Positions 15,575 through 20,154 of a DNA stretch of 20,154 bases are shown piece by piece. How positions within the stretch are numbered: the stretch's first letter is position 1; each line of letters starts with the position of its first letter. The notes under the pieces are model-generated. The model saw only the letters and a list, made by a program, of their open reading frames with translations, did no database searches and was not told the origin of the DNA. The stretch spans positions 1 to 20,154 of the forward strand of contig JBMFNT010000014.1 of the NCBI GenBank assembly GCA_049970015.1, read 5' to 3'. Origin of the DNA: Candidatus Micrarchaeia archaeon. GTDB lineage: Archaea > Micrarchaeota > Micrarchaeia > CAILAH01. The position numbers were made by a program, and so were the translations under genes.

Positions 15575-18373
15575 TCACGTTAGCTTCTTGTATATTCTTA
15601 TAGGTAGAAGGCCTGGCCCAACCTTATCCGCTGGGTAGACCTGCTCAAACCCTTCAAGCTCTCCAAGAAAGAATGCCTTGTAATATACTGAATTGTACCC
15701 ATTACCAGGCGCTTCCCGCGGATCAAGGTATATCATCAAGTACTCATTATAGTTGCGGTCGTCAAACCTTCTGCTACCCATGTATGCCGTGGCCACCCTA
15801 ACCTGTGCTTTGGTGTTGTAATCAAATACTAATGGATAACTGCCCTGTTGATCAAGCACGCAGTATACACGGCCAAATGAAGTCACCCCTACCTTGCCAT
15901 AGGAGGACTCGTTGATCACGCAGATTTCATTAATGCTCGATGTTTTGACAGGCACGTACATGTGCTCAAACTGGTAGGATGCACTGCACTTTGACTCCTG
16001 TGGAAGCTCGGTCGGTTTTGTATCCCCATTATATACACAGGAAAGGTATGTGAGCGCTCCCCACTTACCTATCAGGTCTGCATCAAACAAGACATATGTT
16101 GAATTGCGAATGTTCATGTAATTTTTCAGCTCCTGCGGTGTACCATTAACAAACTTGTCAGCAACCTCAAGGTCAAGTATTACGAACGGATGATCGTTTC
16201 GTGTAACTGTTCGTTTCCTGCCAAAGAAGTTTGTCCAATGCCCGTAATCCCACCATGAGATTACATACGAATCATCATCCACATTATTGCGGATCCATTC
16301 CATCGAATCGTACCAGTACTGAGGTATTACCGTACAGTACAACATCTTTGCATAGAATGTATCTTTTGTGCTATCACAGAAAGCTGATACTTGCGAATAG
16401 TTTGTGCCATCAACAGTTAGGTATGCAAGAGAGTATGGTACAACTTCTACATTGTTGAGTGCGAACGGGAGCACGAGGAGTACTACCAAAATCCCAAACA
16501 CCATATCATACCTGCTTTCCTTGTAATTCAAGTATATGTAATATAAAAGGGCACAGAGTATAACTCCAAACATTATGTAATATACTGTATCAGAAAGTGC
16601 AAAGTACGATATCCCGCCACCTTGCACAAAATAAGTTATGATGCCTAATAAGTAGAGAAGGGCAGCAAATGATACAATAACAAGTAATAGAATGCCCGGG
16701 ATGTATGCAAGGTATTTTCTGGTTTCTTTGTCAGCAAAAGATAGCACGGCTTCGCCTGCAACGATTACAACAGAGAGCGAAAGCACGAGCGCCAGATGGG
16801 GTGTATACTTGATCTTTTGAAGGCCTATGAATGAAAGAGAGTATATAAATATTGCAAGGAGGAGTACAAGATGACTTTTTCGTTTGACAAGCGCATAAAC
16901 CAGTGAGAAAAACATAAGCACGTAAACAAACGGGAGTGCGTACAATGTGCCGTACTTGCCTATGAATAGTGAGGAGATACGGCTTATGTCAATTGAGATG
17001 CCCATGTACCCGAACCGTTCCTGCAAATCTGCACTGTAGAGATTCTCTTCTGCAACTGTTTTTTGGAGTGCATTCTCTGCACTGAGCTGTCCAACCCCTG
17101 CCAATCCTAAACCGTATGAAAGTATAGGTGTACCCAGTGGGCTTATGAGAAATATTGCTGAGACCAACCCAATACCGCATAATGCATATGCACGTTTGCG
17201 CATTGTATCAAGGTAGTCTTTCCCAAAGTCCAGAAGATGGTATATAAAGAATGAAAAAAGGGCGGCCATAAGCAGTAGAAGTGTGTTACTGCTCAAAACT
17301 TCTGAGATTAAATCAGAGTTGAAATAGATGGATGAAAAGATACCTGATACAACCGTGGTAAGCATAAGCACAAAAGACAGTTCATAGTATATTCTGTGCC
17401 TCTCGTTGTGGAGGAACTCAAACATTGATCTTGCAACTGCATACATTGCAAATATCACAATTGGTATCATACCTGCCTTTGAACCTAGCAGTGCACCGAG
17501 TACACCAATAACTGCGAGCAGGTAATATTTTCTGTCATCCTGGTGGATGAGTGCAAGGTACAGCATAACCACGCCCGCAAACCCTGCATAAAGTCCCCAT
17601 GGCAGCTGTTCAGAAACACCTGCAAGAAATTTCGTGAAAAGTACTGGGACAAATGCAAGCATAAACGCTCCACTTACTGCAATAGGGTTTCCATACTCTT
17701 CCTTGAATAGCATGTATCCTAAGAATACTATGAGCGCTCCCAAGAGTGGAGGGTATACATCAGCCACATACTTGTTCACAAGATGGTTGAAATTATCAGG
17801 CCCAAACGAAAGATAGTACCATACTGCTGTCAGGTACTGAGGTAGTGGGAGGTTCCTGTGGCCAACAGGATGGAGTGTGTATACTTGCCCTCCGTGTGCA
17901 ATCGTTTCAGTGCTTGCATACGCCCAGTTGTCTGACATTGGCACATAGCCTTGAGTTATAAGGTACTCAGGTACGAATGCATAGTAATATGGGTCAAACT
18001 CGTAGAAGTATGATGAGAGGGATTGCATACGGAGTACGAATGCCACTATGCACAGGAACATGACTATAATGGATGATTTTGAGAACTGTGTGTGATAGGG
18101 CTCAAGCACGATTGACTTTGTAAGTATGAGGTATGATGAAACTACAATGAAAAGGAGTAATGTGATGGCTAATGAAATACTGAACGGTATGAAAATGTTC
18201 ATGATCCATACAAAAAGTGGTACAAGTGTTATGGAGAGTATTAGTGATATGAACCCAAGCTCTATAAGATTGAGCCGCTTGTCCCTAAAGAAATACATGG
18301 CTATGGGGAGGAAAATGACAATAAATGCGAAGAAGTTTATCAACCCACCTGGTATCAGACCGAGCATGTTCAT
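15575..18373 (-). CDS. aglB: Oligosaccharyltransferase AglB (STT3 family)
   Basis: Many TM helices. EFDPYY, TVAEE and SWWDYGHW (WWDYG at 16241-16255) motifs, plus a DK-like DLIGKW motif. Confidence 0.9.
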   Translation of the reverse strand: MNMLGLIPGGLINFFAFIVIFLPIAMYFFRDKRLNLIELGFISLILSITLVPLFVWIMNIFIPFSISLAITLLLFIVVSSYLILTKSIVLEPYHTQFSKSSIIVMFLCIVAFVLRMQSLSSYFYEFDPYYYAFVPEYLITQGYVPMSDNWAYASTETIAHGGQVYTLHPVGHRNLPLPQYLTAVWYYLSFGPDNFNHLVNKYVADVYPPLLGALIVFLGYMLFKEEYGNPIAVSGAFMLAFVPVLFTKFLAGVSEQLPWGLYAGFAGVVMLYLALIHQDDRKYYLLAVIGVLGALLGSKAGMIPIVIFAMYAVARSMFEFLHNERHRIYYELSFVLMLTTVVSGIFSSIYFNSDLISEVLSSNTLLLLMAALFSFFIYHLLDFGKDYLDTMRKRAYALCGIGLVSAIFLISPLGTPILSYGLGLAGVGQLSAENALQKTVAEENLYSADLQERFGYMGISIDISRISSLFIGKYGTLYALPFVYVLMFFSLVYALVKRKSHLVLLLAIFIYSLSFIGLQKIKYTPHLALVLSLSVVIVAGEAVLSFADKETRKYLAYIPGILLLVIVSFAALLYLLGIITYFVQGGGISYFALSDTVYYIMFGVILCALLYYIYLNYKESRYDMVFGILVVLLVLPFALNNVEVVPYSLAYLTVDGTNYSQVSAFCDSTKDTFYAKMLYCTVIPQYWYDSMEWIRNNVDDDSYVISWWDYGHWTNFFGRKRTVTRNDHPFVILDLEVADKFVNGTPQELKNYMNIRNSTYVLFDADLIGKWGALTYLSCVYNGDTKPTELPQESKCSASYQFEHMYVPVKTSSINEICVINESSYGKVGVTSFGRVYCVLDQQGSYPLVFDYNTKAQVRVATAYMGSRRFDDRNYNEYLMIYLDPREAPGNGYNSVYYKAFFLGELEGFEQVYPADKVGPGLLPIRIYKKLT

Positions 18374-18461
18374 GTGAGGTTTTTAGTTAGATATTTTATT
18401 AAGTTTACACTCAACCTGTTCTCTGACCTCCGCAGGACCTAAACACAACGATGCATATTTA

Positions 18462-18475
18462 GCAAAGATTATAAG
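18462..18475 (+). promoter_or_regulatory. Putative BRE/TATA for cas6 (leaderless)
   Basis: GCAAAG-ATTATAAG about 24 nt upstream of the cas6 ATG at 18499. Confidence 0.45.
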
Positions 18476-18498
18476 GATTTAGAATCGAATTAAAATTA

Positions 18499-19239
18499 AT
18501 GAGGCTTTTATTAGAACTGACATCTTCTTGTAATGCTGTGTATGATTTATCATATTATAATAAAGTGCAGGGTTTCATTTACAAACTCGTCAAAGATACA
18601 CCCTACAACATTTTACATGATAAAAAAGGATACAAGTTCTTCTGCTTTTCCAATATTTTTCCTATAGGCGATTTCAAGATGGGTGATAGGAGAAGGCTAT
18701 TGATTTCCTCTCCAGATACCTTTTTTATAAAGTTGCTTGAAGATAAACTCAAACAATATAGTGGTCAAATTAACATAGGTGATTTGAGTTTTAGTATTGA
18801 AGCCGTAAAAGTAATTCAACCAAAGATTACAAATAATCTAAGACTAATTACCGCAACACCAATCATTCTCAGAATCCCTAAAAAAAACTATGAAAAGTAT
18901 GGAATAAAATCAGACAAGGAATATATTTATTGGCAGCCAGATTACCCATTTGAAACTTTCATTAAGCAGTTGGAAGAGAACATAATAAAGAAGTATAAAG
19001 AATTCTATAAGAATGATATTCAAGAGTTTCCTATATTTGAGCAGTTTGTCTTCAAGAAATCAACAGTGAGTCATGTTTTGATAGATGGCCAGGAATACCG
19101 GTTCTTTGGTAGCATATGGGAATTTAAATTTAATGGCCTAAAGTATAACAAAGAAAAGGAGGATGTTTTGAGATTCGTCATCGACTGCGGCCTAGGCGAA
19201 CGAAACACCTTCGGGTTTGGGTTTGTGAATGTGGTTTAG
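18499..19239 (+). CDS. cas6: CRISPR-associated endoribonuclease Cas6
   Basis: YYNKVQGFIY, LHDKKGYKFFCFSNIF, ISSPD, TPIIL and the C-terminal Gly-rich loop CGLGERNTFGFG. Confidence 0.95.
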   Translation: MRLLLELTSSCNAVYDLSYYNKVQGFIYKLVKDTPYNILHDKKGYKFFCFSNIFPIGDFKMGDRRRLLISSPDTFFIKLLEDKLKQYSGQINIGDLSFSIEAVKVIQPKITNNLRLITATPIILRIPKKNYEKYGIKSDKEYIYWQPDYPFETFIKQLEENIIKKYKEFYKNDIQEFPIFEQFVFKKSTVSHVLIDGQEYRFFGSIWEFKFNGLKYNKEKEDVLRFVIDCGLGERNTFGFGFVNVV

Positions 19240-19295
19240 ATGCATATTAATGTATTTATGAGCATAAATTTAGTCTGATAAGGTAGGGGATTAAG

Positions 19296-20154
19296 ATGAA
19301 TCAAATGACGCAAACAATACAGACTTCTTCTATAGGATCTCAGAACAAATTAGATTTTACTGGAAATTGGTTCATAGATGCTGGAATTCTTGGGTTTGTT
19401 AATTTGATGGAGACAGTTTATGGATGGGATCTGGAAAAATTACAAAAAAAGATCTCTGAAGAGCCAGATAAAGTTTATTTTGGGTATTTTCCGTTTGCGT
19501 ATTTGTACAAATTGCTCTTAGATAAAAATATGAAAGTAAAACCAGAACTAATCGAAAATTTAGAAAAAGAATTGGAAGAAAAAACATTTCAAGATAATGA
19601 AAGTTTGTTTAATTTTGTTTGGAATACATTCATTTGCGATTTATTTGAAGAACCATGGGTTGAAGAAAAATCTGAATTAATTTACAGAAGCAAGGCGTAT
19701 GATAAAAACAGTCAGAATAATAAAATAGATAAAAGAGATTCAGTCGACAGCATCGATGAAACAGAAGAATGGCGTCAGGAAAGAGAGAAGATTATTAATC
19801 AAATTCAAATATTAAAACATGAAAAAGTAAAAACATTTAAATATAAAGATCTAGAAAAATTAATGGATCCGGAAAATAATAAAAGTATTTCAGAAGACTT
19901 GAAGAAATTAATTGAATCATTAAAAGCAAAACATCTTGATCTTGAAGATTTTTTAAAAAAGGAATGGGAGAACAATGTTGTAAAAAAGCAAAAATTTGCT
20001 AAAGAGGAAAGTAAGTTTTATAGACTTCCAATCGATGACGCATTTTATAAAAATTTTTTATTTTTCAATATTGGGGAAGGAATTATAGAACAAAGGGACC
20101 TTTTTTACAAAGTAATTAATTCAGATTTAAATGAAAAATCTCTTAAAAAAATAG
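19296..20154 (+). CDS. cas8: Probable type I-B Cascade large subunit Cas8 (Cas8b1/Cst1-like), 5' part only; runs off the window
   Basis: Open frame from ATG 19296 to the window end (286 codons, no stop): MNQMTQTIQ...LDFTGNWFIDAGILGFVNL...FYKNFLFFN. The N-terminal TGN.F.DAG motif and position directly after cas6 fit Cas8b-type proteins. RBS-like AGGTAGGGG upstream. Confidence 0.7.
   Translation, partial: MNQMTQTIQTSSIGSQNKLDFTGNWFIDAGILGFVNLMETVYGWDLEKLQKKISEEPDKVYFGYFPFAYLYKLLLDKNMKVKPELIENLEKELEEKTFQDNESLFNFVWNTFICDLFEEPWVEEKSELIYRSKAYDKNSQNNKIDKRDSVDSIDETEEWRQEREKIINQIQILKHEKVKTFKYKDLEKLMDPENNKSISEDLKKLIESLKAKHLDLEDFLKKEWENNVVKKQKFAKEESKFYRLPIDDAFYKNFLFFNIGEGIIEQRDLFYKVINSDLNEKSLKKI

Noticed and set aside
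19240..19295. CreTA-like RNA toxin-antitoxin between cas6 and cas8
   Set aside because: The intergenic gap is only 56 bp with no pair of repeat-like sequences, too short for such a module.
20152..20154. Terminal TAG as the stop of the cas8-like ORF
   Set aside because: It is out of frame. The frame from 19296 reads ATA at 20151-20153, so the ORF continues past the window.

Overview
Archaeal chromosomal window (PCNA, Sec61-beta, AglB, archaeal tRNA-Lys, TATA/BRE promoters). A DPANN-type lineage such as Micrarchaeota is suspected but not proven. The left 12.3 kb is all minus strand. In transcription order it holds nnrD; a tightly coupled three-gene cell-surface cluster (an 831-aa ankyrin/coiled-coil protein with a C-terminal beta-barrel-like domain, a 1216-aa Ig/carboxypeptidase-regulatory repeat protein and a ~660-aa membrane-anchored Ig-like protein); a small Sec61-beta gene missed by the ORF track; an AMMECR1-family gene; an AbrB-like/winged-helix gene; a hierarchical 48/96-bp tandem repeat; an HD phosphohydrolase; and a hairpin cluster at the window edge. 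The middle holds tRNA-Lys(UUU), DUF59, a membrane protein and pcn on plus, then gdh and aglB on minus. The right edge is an AT-rich start of a type I-B-like cas operon (cas6, partial cas8), with no CRISPR array in the window. The most notable candidate is the autotransporter-like protein leading the adhesin cluster, a possible host-contact or surface-display system. All family calls come from motif recognition by eye, not database searches.
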